From the NCBI GenBank assembly GCA_020161455.1, contig JAIUNZ010000002.1, forward strand, positions 131,091 to 195,090: a DNA stretch of 64,000 nucleotides, given 5' to 3'. This document shows positions 45,229-55,490 of the stretch, piece after piece (positions within the stretch are counted from its first letter, which is position 1; every line of letters starts with the position of its first letter). A program made the position numbers and the translations under genes. Under the pieces are notes generated by a model that was not told the DNA's origin, did not search any database, and saw nothing but the letters and a program-made list of their open reading frames with translations. Origin of the DNA: Bacteroidota bacterium. Lineage in GTDB: Bacteria > Bacteroidota > Bacteroidia > Flavobacteriales > Flavobacteriaceae.

Positions 45229-46416
45229 ATGAAAACCATTAACGATTTTAATTTTAAAAATAAAAAAGCCATCATTCGAGTAGATTTTAACGTTCCTTTA
45301 GACGAAAAGTTCAATGTTACGGATGTAAATCGAATAGAAGCAGCAAAACCAACTATTGATAAAATTTTAATCGATGGCGGAAGTGTTATCTTAATGTCAC
45401 ATTTAGGACGACCAAAAGGGAAAGAAGAAAAATATTCGTTAAAACATATCATTGCTACTTGTTCAAAAGTACTTGGAGTAAATGTAAAATTTGCTGAAGA
45501 TTGTCGTGGAGCAATTGCTAAAGAAGCAGCATCAAATTTGCAAAAAGGTGAAGTATTATTGTTAGAAAATCTTCGTTTTTATCCAGAAGAAGAAGCTGGC
45601 GATGTTGAATTTGCAAAAGAATTAGCTTCGCTAGGTGATATTTATGTAAACGACGCTTTTGGAACAGCACATAGAGCACATGCTTCAACAGCAATTATTG
45701 CCCAATTTTTTCCAGAAAATAAATGTTTTGGATTATTATTGGCAAAAGAAATCGAAAGTTTAAACAGAGTGTTAAATAATTCGGTAAAACCAGTAACAGC
45801 AGTACTTGGTGGTTCAAAAGTTTCATCGAAAATTACGGTTATCGAGAATATTTTAGACAAAATAGATCACATGATTATTGGTGGCGGAATGACATTTACG
45901 TTTGTAAAAGCATTGGGAGGAAAGATAGGAAATTCCATTTGTGAAGATGACAAACTTGATTTAGCCTTAGAGATTCTCCAAAAAGCAAAAGAAAAAAATG
46001 TTCAAATACATATTCCAGTAGATGTTGTAGCAGCCGATGCTTTTTCAAACGATGCCAATACTAAAATTATTGATGTAAATCAAATTCCTGATGGATGGCA
46101 AGGTTTAGATGCTGGACCAAAATCGTTAGAAAATTTTAAAAAAGTAATTCTTGACAGCAAAACCATTCTTTGGAACGGACCATTGGGCGTTTTTGAAATG
46201 GAAAATTTTGCCAACGGAACTATTAAATTAGGTGAATTTATTGCCGAATCCACTAAAAATGGAGCATTTTCTCTTGTAGGTGGAGGCGATTCTGTAGCAG
46301 CTGTGAAACAATTTGGCTTAGAAGATAAGATGAGCTATGTTTCTACTGGCGGAGGTGCTATGTTAGAAATGCTTGAAGGTACTGTTTTACCTGGTATTGC
46401 AGCTATTTTAGAATAA
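45229..46416 (+). CDS. pgk: Phosphoglycerate kinase
   Basis: [31 protein letters not shown] and GGGDS. Confidence 0.97.
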   Translation: MKTINDFNFKNKKAIIRVDFNVPLDEKFNVTDVNRIEAAKPTIDKILIDGGSVILMSHLGRPKGKEEKYSLKHIIATCSKVLGVNVKFAEDCRGAIAKEAASNLQKGEVLLLENLRFYPEEEAGDVEFAKELASLGDIYVNDAFGTAHRAHASTAIIAQFFPENKCFGLLLAKEIESLNRVLNNSVKPVTAVLGGSKVSSKITVIENILDKIDHMIIGGGMTFTFVKALGGKIGNSICEDDKLDLALEILQKAKEKNVQIHIPVDVVAADAFSNDANTKIIDVNQIPDGWQGLDAGPKSLENFKKVILDSKTILWNGPLGVFEMENFANGTIKLGEFIAESTKNGAFSLVGGGDSVAAVKQFGLEDKMSYVSTGGGAMLEMLEGTVLPGIAAILE

Positions 46417-46493
46417 TTTTTTAAAAGTAACACAATAAATTTCAACAAATTGCGTTATTAATAGAATAAAATACCACTTTAGACAATAAAGTT

Positions 46494-48761
46494 ATGAATA
46501 AATTAAAAATCACTTCGTTAGCGATTGTTTTGCTAACAAGTATCGGATTTGCACAAGACACCATCATTACAGCTCAGGTTAAGAAAGAACCGTTAACCAG
46601 ACAACAATACTTAGATTCTATCAAGGGAACTTTTGTTCGCGATAATATTGCATCTTGTATTGATAGTATGTGGATGAAAGAATTAGCAAATCTCGATTTA
46701 TATGATGAATTGAGTTTAGATATACAAAACATTGATGTAGATCAAAAAGTTGATTATGAACTTCCTACGGAATTATTAAAAGAACGATTAAAAAAGCTTA
46801 ACCAAAAATCGGCTTTTAATATAGAATACAACCAAGGATTAGAAAACGTAATCAAATCGTTTTTAAAAAACAGAAGAAAATCATTTGAACGATTAATGGG
46901 AATTTCTCAATATTATTTCCCAATGTTTGAAGAATCGTTGGCAGCTCAAAATATTCCTTTAGAAATAAAATACTTAGCCGTTGTTGAGTCAGCCTTGAAT
47001 CCAAGAGCCGTTTCTAGAGTTGGTGCAACGGGTTTGTGGCAATTTATGTATCAAACCGGAAAACAATACAATCTAAATATTGATACGTTTGTTGATGAAA
47101 GAAGCGATCCGTTAAAAGCTAGTAAAGCAGCAACACAATATATGAAAAACATGTATGCTATTTTTGGCGATTGGGATTTGGTTTTAGCATCATATAACTC
47201 TGGACCAGGAAATGTTGCCAAAGCCATTCGTCGTTCGGGTGGAAAACAAAATTATTGGAACATTCGTCCCTATTTGCACAAAGAAACTCAAGGATATGTA
47301 CCAGCTTTTTTAGCTACGATGTATATTTTTGAATATCACAAAGAACACGGAATTGTGCCCAACAAAGCAATTGCCAACCATTTTGCAACGGATACCGTAA
47401 ACATAAAAAGTAAAATGACATTCAAACAAATTTCAGATTTGTTGGACGTTCCTGTTGCACAACTACAATTTTTAAATCCTTCATACAAAAGAGATGTTGT
47501 TCCTTTTATAACTGGAGAAAATCATTATTTACGATTACCAATAGACAAAATTGCGCGATTTGTTTCTAATGAAGAAAAAATTTATGCTTATGTCAATTAT
47601 GAAGATTCGTTAAGAGAAAAACCATTTGCCAACAATACAGCTATTGCTGCCAATGATGGAAACTCAACATCAAGATTAAAATATCATAAAGTCAAACGAG
47701 GCGATACTTTAAGTGAACTTTCGGAATCGTATGGCGTTTCTATTTCTGAAATAAAAAAATGGAACAAACTTAGAGGTAATTCGGTACCATTGGGTAGAAA
47801 ATTAAAAATATATACGGAAGAAGCTGTTGCGGCTGTTGAAAAAAAATCATCTAAAATTGACACAACTTCTGTAAAAGAAACCAAATCAGCAATTGCTTCA
47901 AACAGTAAAAATTATACAGAAGAAAAAGTAGTTTCGTTTAAAGATGTAGTGAAGTATCATAAAGTAAAACGAGGCGACAATCTTGGAGAAATTGCTAGTA
48001 AATATGATGTTTCGGTTGCCGAAGTAAAAAAATGGAATAAGTTAAAAAACAACAATATTAATCTTGGTGCAAATTTAAAAATCATCAAAAATGAAAGAGT
48101 TGTAACGGTTGTTAAAAAAGAAATTAAACCAGAAAAAATCAATACAACTATAGAAGAAGAAACTCAAGTAGCTTCTAATGATGAACAAGAAAACCCAGAA
48201 GATTTTTATGTAGTTCAAAAAGGCGATAACTTATTTACAATTGCCAAAAAATTCAATGTTTCATTAGAAGATTTAAAAGAGTGGAACAATATTGAAAACG
48301 GAACTATTCAATCGGGTTCAAAGTTGGTATTAAACAACGCTTCAACGGCTCAAAACGAATCAGTTGAAACACCAAAAACAGAAACAAAGATTGTAGAATA
48401 TGTGGTTAAAAGCGGCGATAATCTTGGTACTATTGCCAAAAAATACAACGCTTCAATTTCTGATATAAAAGATTGGAATGAAATGGAGGATGATAATATT
48501 TCAGTAGGTTCAAAATTAATAGTTTCTAAAAAATTATTTATCGTTCCAACTCAAATAGCTAAAACAAGCAAAACCTCTAAAAACCAAACCATTGCACAAT
48601 CAAAAAGCGAAGAAGTAAAACACTATCTGGTTAAAAAAGGCGATTCGTTATTTAGCATTGCCAAAAAATATCCAGGAGTAACAATTTCGGATATTAAAAA
48701 GTGGAATGGTATAGGAAACGAAAGTATCAAACCAGGCATGAAATTAAGAATTAACGGTTAA
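46494..48761 (+). CDS. Lytic transglycosylase (SLT domain) with about six C-terminal LysM repeats, MltD-like
   Basis: VVESALNPRAVSRVGATGLWQFM and ASYNSGPGNV, then repeated Y.VKRGD.L..IA..Y.VS..E.K.WN LysM units. Confidence 0.88.
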   Translation: MNKLKITSLAIVLLTSIGFAQDTIITAQVKKEPLTRQQYLDSIKGTFVRDNIASCIDSMWMKELANLDLYDELSLDIQNIDVDQKVDYELPTELLKERLKKLNQKSAFNIEYNQGLENVIKSFLKNRRKSFERLMGISQYYFPMFEESLAAQNIPLEIKYLAVVESALNPRAVSRVGATGLWQFMYQTGKQYNLNIDTFVDERSDPLKASKAATQYMKNMYAIFGDWDLVLASYNSGPGNVAKAIRRSGGKQNYWNIRPYLHKETQGYVPAFLATMYIFEYHKEHGIVPNKAIANHFATDTVNIKSKMTFKQISDLLDVPVAQLQFLNPSYKRDVVPFITGENHYLRLPIDKIARFVSNEEKIYAYVNYEDSLREKPFANNTAIAANDGNSTSRLKYHKVKRGDTLSELSESYGVSISEIKKWNKLRGNSVPLGRKLKIYTEEAVAAVEKKSSKIDTTSVKETKSAIASNSKNYTEEKVVSFKDVVKYHKVKRGDNLGEIASKYDVSVAEVKKWNKLKNNNINLGANLKIIKNERVVTVVKKEIKPEKINTTIEEETQVASNDEQENPEDFYVVQKGDNLFTIAKKFNVSLEDLKEWNNIENGTIQSGSKLVLNNASTAQNESVETPKTETKIVEYVVKSGDNLGTIAKKYNASISDIKDWNEMEDDNISVGSKLIVSKKLFIVPTQIAKTSKTSKNQTIAQSKSEEVKHYLVKKGDSLFSIAKKYPGVTISDIKKWNGIGNESIKPGMKLRING

Positions 48762-48800
48762 TCCGAAAATCTTCAATATCTTTGGGTTTTATTTATTAAA

Positions 48801-49775
48801 ATGAATAAAACCCTTTTTTTATACTTGTGTTTTGCCTTTTTGACCTTTTCGTGTCAAAAAAAAGTCGATTCTCTAAGTCAAGAAAAAGCGGCAGCAATTA
48901 ATACTATTTCTGTTATTATTGACGAACAGCTTTGGAATGGTGAAATTGGCGATAGCATTCGAAATAAATTTGCTTCACCAGTTTTAGGACTACCACAAGA
49001 AGAACCACTTTTTACCATAAAACAATTTCCGCTAAAACTTTTTGAAGGATTTTCTACCGGAAGTCGCAACATGATTATTGTAAAAAAAGAAAATAAAAGC
49101 GAATTCAAAATTGGAATAAACGAGTTTTCTACACCACAAAATTCGTTTCATATTTCAGGAAAAAATACGGTTCAAATTATAGCATTGCTTGAAGAACATT
49201 CGGCAGAAATGATTAAAAGAATGCGGCAAACTGAAATTGAAGCCTGCCTAAAAACAATAAAAGATTCGCTGCTAAATACAAAAACAATAAAATCAAAATT
49301 TGATATTGATATAACAATTCCAGGAAATTATGAATACGCGTTAACCAGTAGAAATTTTGTTTGGATAAAAAAAGAAATTACATCGGGCAACATTAGTTTA
49401 CTGATTTATCAAGTTCCCTATCAAAGAATTCACAAGTATCATACGGTAAATGACATTGTAAAAGTTAGAGATTCTATAGGAAAAAAATACATTCACGGCA
49501 GACCAAGAAATTCTATGATGATTACCGAAGAAGCTTATTTCCCTTATTTTTCTAGAATAAAATTCAATAATTTTGATGCTTTCGAAACCAAAGGAACATG
49601 GCAAATGAAAAACGATTTTATGTCCGGACCATTTATCAATTATGCCCTAAGAGATAAAGCCAACAACAGAGTTTTGATTTTAGAAGGTTTTTGTTATGCG
49701 CCGTCAAAAACCAAACGTGATTTAATGTTTGAAGTAGAATCCATTATCAAATCGGTAAAAATTCTAAAAAAATAA
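48801..49775 (+). CDS. DUF4837-like lipoprotein
   Basis: Lipobox LTFSC. ISVIIDEQLWNGEIGDSIRNKFASPVLGLPQEEPLF is typical of this Bacteroidota family (from memory). Confidence 0.6.
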   Translation: MNKTLFLYLCFAFLTFSCQKKVDSLSQEKAAAINTISVIIDEQLWNGEIGDSIRNKFASPVLGLPQEEPLFTIKQFPLKLFEGFSTGSRNMIIVKKENKSEFKIGINEFSTPQNSFHISGKNTVQIIALLEEHSAEMIKRMRQTEIEACLKTIKDSLLNTKTIKSKFDIDITIPGNYEYALTSRNFVWIKKEITSGNISLLIYQVPYQRIHKYHTVNDIVKVRDSIGKKYIHGRPRNSMMITEEAYFPYFSRIKFNNFDAFETKGTWQMKNDFMSGPFINYALRDKANNRVLILEGFCYAPSKTKRDLMFEVESIIKSVKILKK

Positions 49776-49780
49776 TATTT

Positions 49781-50227
49781 ATGGCAACCGAATGGAAAAT
49801 TAAGCGATTTCAAGCACTTTCTTTGGAAGAACTATACCAAATACTCAAACTTAGAAGTGAAGTGTTTGTGGTAGAGCAAAACTGCATTTATCTTGACATT
49901 GATGACAAAGATCAAAAGGCATTACATGTTTTTGGACAAATTGATGAAAAAATGGTGGCTTATGCACGACTTTTTAATCGAAACGATTATTTTGAAAACG
50001 CTTCTATTGGTAGAGTGGTAACACATCCTGATTTTAGAGCCAACAAAATTGGACATCAATTAATGAAACAAGCCATTGAGGCTATTGACAATCATTTTGG
50101 AGAAAAACAAATTACCATTTCAGCTCAATTATACTTAAAAAAATTCTACGAAAGCCACGGATTTGAACAAACCAGCGAGATGTATCTTGAAGATGATATT
50201 CCGCATATTGAGATGAAACGAAATTAA
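49781..50227 (+). CDS. GNAT-family N-acetyltransferase (ElaA-like)
   Basis: 148 aa. LYQILKLRSEVFVVEQNCIYLDIDDKD and RANKIGHQLM (acetyl-CoA loop). Confidence 0.8.
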   Translation: MATEWKIKRFQALSLEELYQILKLRSEVFVVEQNCIYLDIDDKDQKALHVFGQIDEKMVAYARLFNRNDYFENASIGRVVTHPDFRANKIGHQLMKQAIEAIDNHFGEKQITISAQLYLKKFYESHGFEQTSEMYLEDDIPHIEMKRN

Positions 50228-51039
50228 ATCTTAGTAATCACCAACTCAACTCTACGGTCATATTCTGTGCCTTTTCCCAAAGGAACGGTGTTGCCATAAC
50301 CTTTAAACGTCATTCGATTTTTGGCTATTTTTTTGAAAACTAAATATTTATAAACCGATTCTGCTCTATTGGTCGATAATTCTCTTTTTCGGGTTTCGCG
50401 GTCAATGGCTTCTTTTTGATACTGAGGCGTACAGCAAACATGTCCTTGTACTTCAAATTGCAAATTCTTGTACTTCAATAAAAGTTTGGCAATTTTATCC
50501 AAAGCTGTTTTTGATTTATAATCCAACTTGCTACTTCCACGGTCAAAAAGAATATTGTCTAAATAAATATGGTCGCCAACCACATGATTTTTTTGAATAG
50601 TATTATAAAAACCCGGAATTACAATTTTTGGCAATGGTTTTAGGTTGATAACCACATCAACCCGACGATTTTTAGAGCGTTTTTCTGGAAGATTTTCTAC
50701 AACATCGTCATCAATTAAGATTCTGCCTTTTCCTTCGATTGTAACAATAATTTTGTTTTTTATACCGCTATCAATCATTTTTTGCTGAATCATTGAAGCA
50801 CGCTTGGTAGAAAGTTTAAAATTATAAGCTTCTTTTCCAATATCATCTGTGTAACCAAAAATCTCAATGGCTTCAATTCGTGTGGAATCAATCGTTTTTA
50901 TAAATTTAATTAAATCCTCGCCTTGTTTTGCATTTAAATCCGATTTGTCAAAGTCAAAATAAACAGAAAAAACAGCTTCTTCTTGCGCATGAACAACAGA
51001 AGTTAATAGGAAAAAAGCAAATAAATAGAACAGTCGCAT
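50224..51039 (-). CDS. OmpA-family protein with two OmpA-like domains
   Basis: Signal peptide. GYTDDIGKEAYNFKLSTKRA..NRRVDV and a second LSTNRAESV..GYGNTVPL..DRRVELV. Confidence 0.8.
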   Translation of the reverse strand: MRLFYLFAFFLLTSVVHAQEEAVFSVYFDFDKSDLNAKQGEDLIKFIKTIDSTRIEAIEIFGYTDDIGKEAYNFKLSTKRASMIQQKMIDSGIKNKIIVTIEGKGRILIDDDVVENLPEKRSKNRRVDVVINLKPLPKIVIPGFYNTIQKNHVVGDHIYLDNILFDRGSSKLDYKSKTALDKIAKLLLKYKNLQFEVQGHVCCTPQYQKEAIDRETRKRELSTNRAESVYKYLVFKKIAKNRMTFKGYGNTVPLGKGTEYDRRVELVITKI

Positions 51040-52673
51040 TATTGTAGAATTTTAGAAAACGCAGATTTATCGTTTAACAAAGTAACCGATTTTTTAACTT
51101 CAGCGTTGTTTTTAATATAATAGTGATACAAACCTTCTTTGTACTGGTAGCGTTTGATGATTTCGTCTAAAATCAAAATTTTAATTTCTTTAGCATTTTT
51201 GTCAATCATTGTTTCTTCACTTTTTTGAACAGCAGTCAATAATTGTTGATATTCCGAGGCAATAGCCGAATCTACATTGTCTTTTTTGGCTTTTTCCAAC
51301 ATGGCTTTCAATGCAATTTCAGTATCAGTATTGATATTGATTTTTTCTTTTTTGATAAAATTTTTAAAATCTGTCAAATCAGCGTCAGTAATCGTTGGTA
51401 TTTTATCGCCAAGTGTTGGGTTTTTATAATAATAATTGGTTACATAATTAAAAATAGCATCATTTTTTTCTAAAGCTTCAGCAATAGTGCTGGTTTTAGA
51501 TTCTTCCATAACAACATCTGGCAAAATTCCACCACCATCATAAACGGTTCTTCCATTTTTGGTTTTGAAAGCGGTATAATTTTTTTCATCTGTTCTAATG
51601 GCTTTTCCATTTTTATCTTTTTTGGCATAATCCAATGCTTGAATGCATCTTCCAGATGGCGTATAATATTTAGAAATAGTAACTTTTACTTGCGTCCCAT
51701 AGGTCATGTCAAATGGTCGCTGTACCAATCCTTTCCCAAAACTTCTGCTGCCAATAATCACGGCTCTGTCTAAATCTTGCAAAGCACCCGAAACAATTTC
51801 GGAAGCAGAAGCACTTTTTCCATCAACAATAATAGCAATTGGAATTTCGGTATCTATTGGTTCGCGAGTAGTTTTATAAGTGTTGTTGTATTTTTCATTT
51901 TTAGACTTTGTAGTAACAATAATTTCTCCTTTGGGCACAAATAAATTACAAATATTCACGGCTTCGTTTAATAATCCACCAGGATTTCCACGTAAATCTA
52001 ATACAATTTGAGTACAGCCATCATTTTTCAATTTTTCCAATGCTTCTTTGGTTTCATAAGATGCTTTTTTATTGAATTGAGACAATACAATGTAACCAGT
52101 TTTCTCATCTATTTTTCCAAAAAAAGGTACTGCTTTTATTTCTACTTCATCCAAAATCAACTGTGCGGTCATTGCTTTTCCTTGACGTAAGTATTTTAAA
52201 TCTATTTTAGTATTTTTGGCACCTTTCATCAATTGCGATGCATCGTCTTTGAAATCAGCAATTAAAACATCACCAATTTGTATGATTTCATCACCAGCTT
52301 TAAGTCCTGCTTTGTCGGCAGGAAAACCTTTATAAGGTTCGCGAATAATCAGTTTGTCTTCTTTTCGCGTAATCATGGCGCCAATTCCGGTGTATTCGCC
52401 CGTGTTGTTAATTTTGAATTTAATAACGTCTTGTTCGTTGAAAAAATTGGTGTAGGGATCTACTTCAACCAACATGCTTTTGATGGCTTTATCCATTAAT
52501 TCCGCTGGATTTAAATCGTCAACATAATTTTGATTAACTGTTTTATAAACGTTGGTAAATATTTCGATTTGTTTGGCAATTTCAAAAAAATCTTGCTTGA
52601 AGCTTACGCCAACAAATAGAAAACCAGTTAGCATGGCGGGAAGTATATATCTTTTTTTAATTTTTGGAAACAT
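51039..52673 (-). CDS. S41-family C-terminal processing peptidase (PDZ-containing)
   Basis: PDZ region (GFPADKAGLKAGDEII), LDLRGNPGG, SASASEI and GSRSFGKG. Confidence 0.9.
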   Translation of the reverse strand: MFPKIKKRYILPAMLTGFLFVGVSFKQDFFEIAKQIEIFTNVYKTVNQNYVDDLNPAELMDKAIKSMLVEVDPYTNFFNEQDVIKFKINNTGEYTGIGAMITRKEDKLIIREPYKGFPADKAGLKAGDEIIQIGDVLIADFKDDASQLMKGAKNTKIDLKYLRQGKAMTAQLILDEVEIKAVPFFGKIDEKTGYIVLSQFNKKASYETKEALEKLKNDGCTQIVLDLRGNPGGLLNEAVNICNLFVPKGEIIVTTKSKNEKYNNTYKTTREPIDTEIPIAIIVDGKSASASEIVSGALQDLDRAVIIGSRSFGKGLVQRPFDMTYGTQVKVTISKYYTPSGRCIQALDYAKKDKNGKAIRTDEKNYTAFKTKNGRTVYDGGGILPDVVMEESKTSTIAEALEKNDAIFNYVTNYYYKNPTLGDKIPTITDADLTDFKNFIKKEKININTDTEIALKAMLEKAKKDNVDSAIASEYQQLLTAVQKSEETMIDKNAKEIKILILDEIIKRYQYKEGLYHYYIKNNAEVKKSVTLLNDKSAFSKILQ

Positions 52674-52713
52674 AATTAATTGGTTGATTTATTTTTAAGG
52701 CAATACGAAGATA

Positions 52714-53109
52714 CTAATTCTCGTTTTTAGTTTCGTTTTCCTGGAGTGAATTAACAAATTTTTCAAATAATTGAATGGTTTTTTGATTAATTTCGGCATA
52801 TTCTAATCGGTCTTTTGATTGATAGAAAAACATAAAGCAATATTTTTGATTTAAATTATCAATCAACAGTTGTTTGTTTAGTCGATAACACTCTCTCAGC
52901 ACACGTTTGAAATAGTTTCTATCAACCGCATTTTTGAAATATTTTTTGGAAACCGAAACACCCATTTTTAGCGGAATATCTTCTTCAAAATCTTTTTGAA
53001 TATACACCAATCGCAGCGGATATTTACCTACTGATTTTCCTTCGGAAAAGAGTAAATCAATGATTTTTTTACTTTTTAATTTCTCCGCTTTTGGATAAGT
53101 ATAATCCAT
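52714..53109 (-). CDS. rnpA: Ribonuclease P protein component
   Basis: 131 aa. LKSKKIIDLLFSEGKSV, VSVSKKYFKNAVDRNYFKR and LRE. Confidence 0.85.
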   Translation of the reverse strand: MDYTYPKAEKLKSKKIIDLLFSEGKSVGKYPLRLVYIQKDFEEDIPLKMGVSVSKKYFKNAVDRNYFKRVLRECYRLNKQLLIDNLNQKYCFMFFYQSKDRLEYAEINQKTIQLFEKFVNSLQENETKNEN

Positions 53110-53111
53110 TA

Positions 53112-53525
53112 TTATTTGACATTGTAAATGTTGTAAACAAATTTTACTTCATTATAATTGATGTAAAATTGCATGCGATTGCCTTCTTTCTTTTTGGTAA
53201 TAATCAGAATTGTACATTTAGAAAACTTATTGTCAATACATTCAAACGGAACAATATTTACTTCATCATTATCAGTAATTTCTCCGTAAGCTTTAATCAT
53301 AAAGGATTGTACTTCGTTAGAATTTACGGTGATTAAATTTTTCTTTGCATCCAAGGTAATCAATACATTGGCATCAACAAATTCGGACCAATCGTTCCAT
53401 TTTCCTTTACTGTCTTTGTCGGTAAAACTTGCGCTACTGGTTTTAAAACGAATGGGTTGAGCACTTACATTTTGAAAACCAAAACTAAATGCTAGAAAAA
53501 GGATAGTGATTTTTAAAAAATTCAT
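53112..53525 (-). CDS. Small secreted hypothetical protein
   Basis: 137 aa with signal peptide MNFLKITILFLAFSFGFQNVSAQ. Only 2 nt separate it from rnpA. Confidence 0.55.
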   Translation of the reverse strand: MNFLKITILFLAFSFGFQNVSAQPIRFKTSSASFTDKDSKGKWNDWSEFVDANVLITLDAKKNLITVNSNEVQSFMIKAYGEITDNDEVNIVPFECIDNKFSKCTILIITKKKEGNRMQFYINYNEVKFVYNIYNVK

Positions 53526-53564
53526 AGTTAAAAATATTTGTGGTAAATCTACAAATTCTATTCC

Positions 53565-53597
53565 AAAAAAAAACCGTTCTAAAAAAGGAACGGTTTT
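53565..53597 (-). terminator. Intrinsic terminator after the M1 peptidase gene
   Basis: AACCGTTC / GAACGGTT stem with an 8-nt loop. On the minus strand it is followed by a T9 run. Confidence 0.8.
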
Positions 53598-53603
53598 AAA
53601 GTT

Positions 53604-55481
53604 TTATTTTGCTTCGTAAACGTTATTCTCACGTTTGACATCTGCCATCAAACCACTAGCATCAAGTGTGATTTTTTTAATAGCTGATTTTCCTTTAGGA
53701 ATTTCAAAGAAATAATTAGGATTTCCCCAATTCCATGAAGGTAAAGTGGTTCGTTTGATTGATGGTGTTGGATTTTCTTTTTCAAAAAATAGCATTTCTA
53801 ATGGAACGTAAAAACTTTCTTTGGAACCATCAATATATTCTACCATAACATCGATTGGCATTGGCGTTCTACCAATTCTTTCAAGTGAAACACCTGTTCT
53901 TTGAACACCATCAGTTGCAGCTTCAACATTTTTTATTCCATAATCAATAGTGTTTAAAGTTTCAGTCCAATCGATTAAATACCAACCTAAATGTGCACCC
54001 GAAACTCGTTCAGCTGTTCGTTTAATATCATTCGGCGTTGGATGTTTGAATTTGAAATCGGAATAATATTTTTTAATCGTTTTTCTAAGGTTTTCTTTTC
54101 CAATTAAATATTCCAATTGTGCCAAAAAAACTTCACCTTTACTATAGGAAGCAATGCTGTAACTTCTGTTTTCATCATATCGGTCAGCATGGGTTGAAAG
54201 CGGTTGTTCTTTGCCAGAATTGGCTAAATTGATATAACTTTTATAAGCACCAGCAAAAGGATTTTCTACTTTTTTAGATGATAATTCGTTCATTACCCAA
54301 TCTTCAATATAAGAAGTAAAACCTTCGTCCATCCAACTGTGTTTGCTTTCATTGGTTGCCAAAACGTGTTGAAACCACGAATGTCCCATTTCATGAGCAA
54401 TTAAACCAACAAAACCGCCTAAAGTTCCTTCGCCAAGCACCAAAGTACACATGGCATATTCCATACCACCATCTCCTCCTTGTATAACAGAATATTGTTT
54501 GTAGGGATATTTGCCAACGTTTTGATTGTAAAAATCCATTATTTTTGAAGTTAATGGTTCAGCTTGTTTCCAAACTTCGCTAATTTTTGGATTGTTTTTG
54601 TATAAAAAATGCAGCGTTACACCATCAGGACGAACTAATTTGTCGTGAATATAATCTTTGTCGGCAGCCCAAGTAAAATCATGAACGTTTGGTGCGATAA
54701 AATGCCAAGTTAAGGTTTTAGCATTTTTATCTTTCTTAACTGATTTGCCAACATCTTCGTAACCACAACCAATTTCATTGTTGTTTTTCAAATAACCCGT
54801 TCCGCCCAAAATATAATTTTTATCAATGGTTATTTTTACATCAAAATTTCCCCAAACACCGTGAAATTCTCTACCAATATAGGCATCAGCATGCCAGCCT
54901 TCGTTGTCAAATTCTGCCATTTTTGGATACCATTGCGCCATGGATAATTCAATTCCTTCCGAATTATTTCTTCCAGAACGACGAATTTGAACAGGAACTT
55001 GTCCGTCAAAATCTAATGTAAAACAGGTTGATTTTCCAGGTAATAAAGGTTTGTTGAGTGTTACTTCTAAGATAGTTCCTTTTTCAATTGCTTTTGCGGC
55101 AACTTTATCTTGCTTGAAATTGGATATTTTCAAATAGCCAATTTCATTTGGTTGTAATTTGGCTATTCTACTTTCTTTAACTTCTTTCCCGTCAACATTT
55201 TTAACTTTATCTACCATTCTTCCATCAGGATCAACGATGTTTTGCAATCTCATGTCCATTTCACTTCCTGGTTGAAAAGCGTTGTTATACAAATGATAAT
55301 ATACTTTTCGAAGAGTGTCTTCCGAGTTGTTTTTATAGACTAATTTTTGAGTTCCTTTGTATTGATAGTTGTTTATGTTCATCGAAACTTCCATCGTATA
55401 ATCTACTTTTTGTTGCCAATAATGTTTGGTTTGAGAAAAACAAAAAATGGGTAGTAAGAGTAATAAATAAAAATACTTCAT
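53604..55481 (-). CDS. M1-family (gluzincin) metallopeptidase, secreted
   Basis: HEMGHSWF ... WMDEGFTSY (HExxH-18-E motif). Signal peptide present. Confidence 0.88.
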   Translation of the reverse strand: MKYFYLLLLLPIFCFSQTKHYWQQKVDYTMEVSMNINNYQYKGTQKLVYKNNSEDTLRKVYYHLYNNAFQPGSEMDMRLQNIVDPDGRMVDKVKNVDGKEVKESRIAKLQPNEIGYLKISNFKQDKVAAKAIEKGTILEVTLNKPLLPGKSTCFTLDFDGQVPVQIRRSGRNNSEGIELSMAQWYPKMAEFDNEGWHADAYIGREFHGVWGNFDVKITIDKNYILGGTGYLKNNNEIGCGYEDVGKSVKKDKNAKTLTWHFIAPNVHDFTWAADKDYIHDKLVRPDGVTLHFLYKNNPKISEVWKQAEPLTSKIMDFYNQNVGKYPYKQYSVIQGGDGGMEYAMCTLVLGEGTLGGFVGLIAHEMGHSWFQHVLATNESKHSWMDEGFTSYIEDWVMNELSSKKVENPFAGAYKSYINLANSGKEQPLSTHADRYDENRSYSIASYSKGEVFLAQLEYLIGKENLRKTIKKYYSDFKFKHPTPNDIKRTAERVSGAHLGWYLIDWTETLNTIDYGIKNVEAATDGVQRTGVSLERIGRTPMPIDVMVEYIDGSKESFYVPLEMLFFEKENPTPSIKRTTLPSWNWGNPNYFFEIPKGKSAIKKITLDASGLMADVKRENNVYEAK

Positions 55482-55490
55482 AAAAAATAA

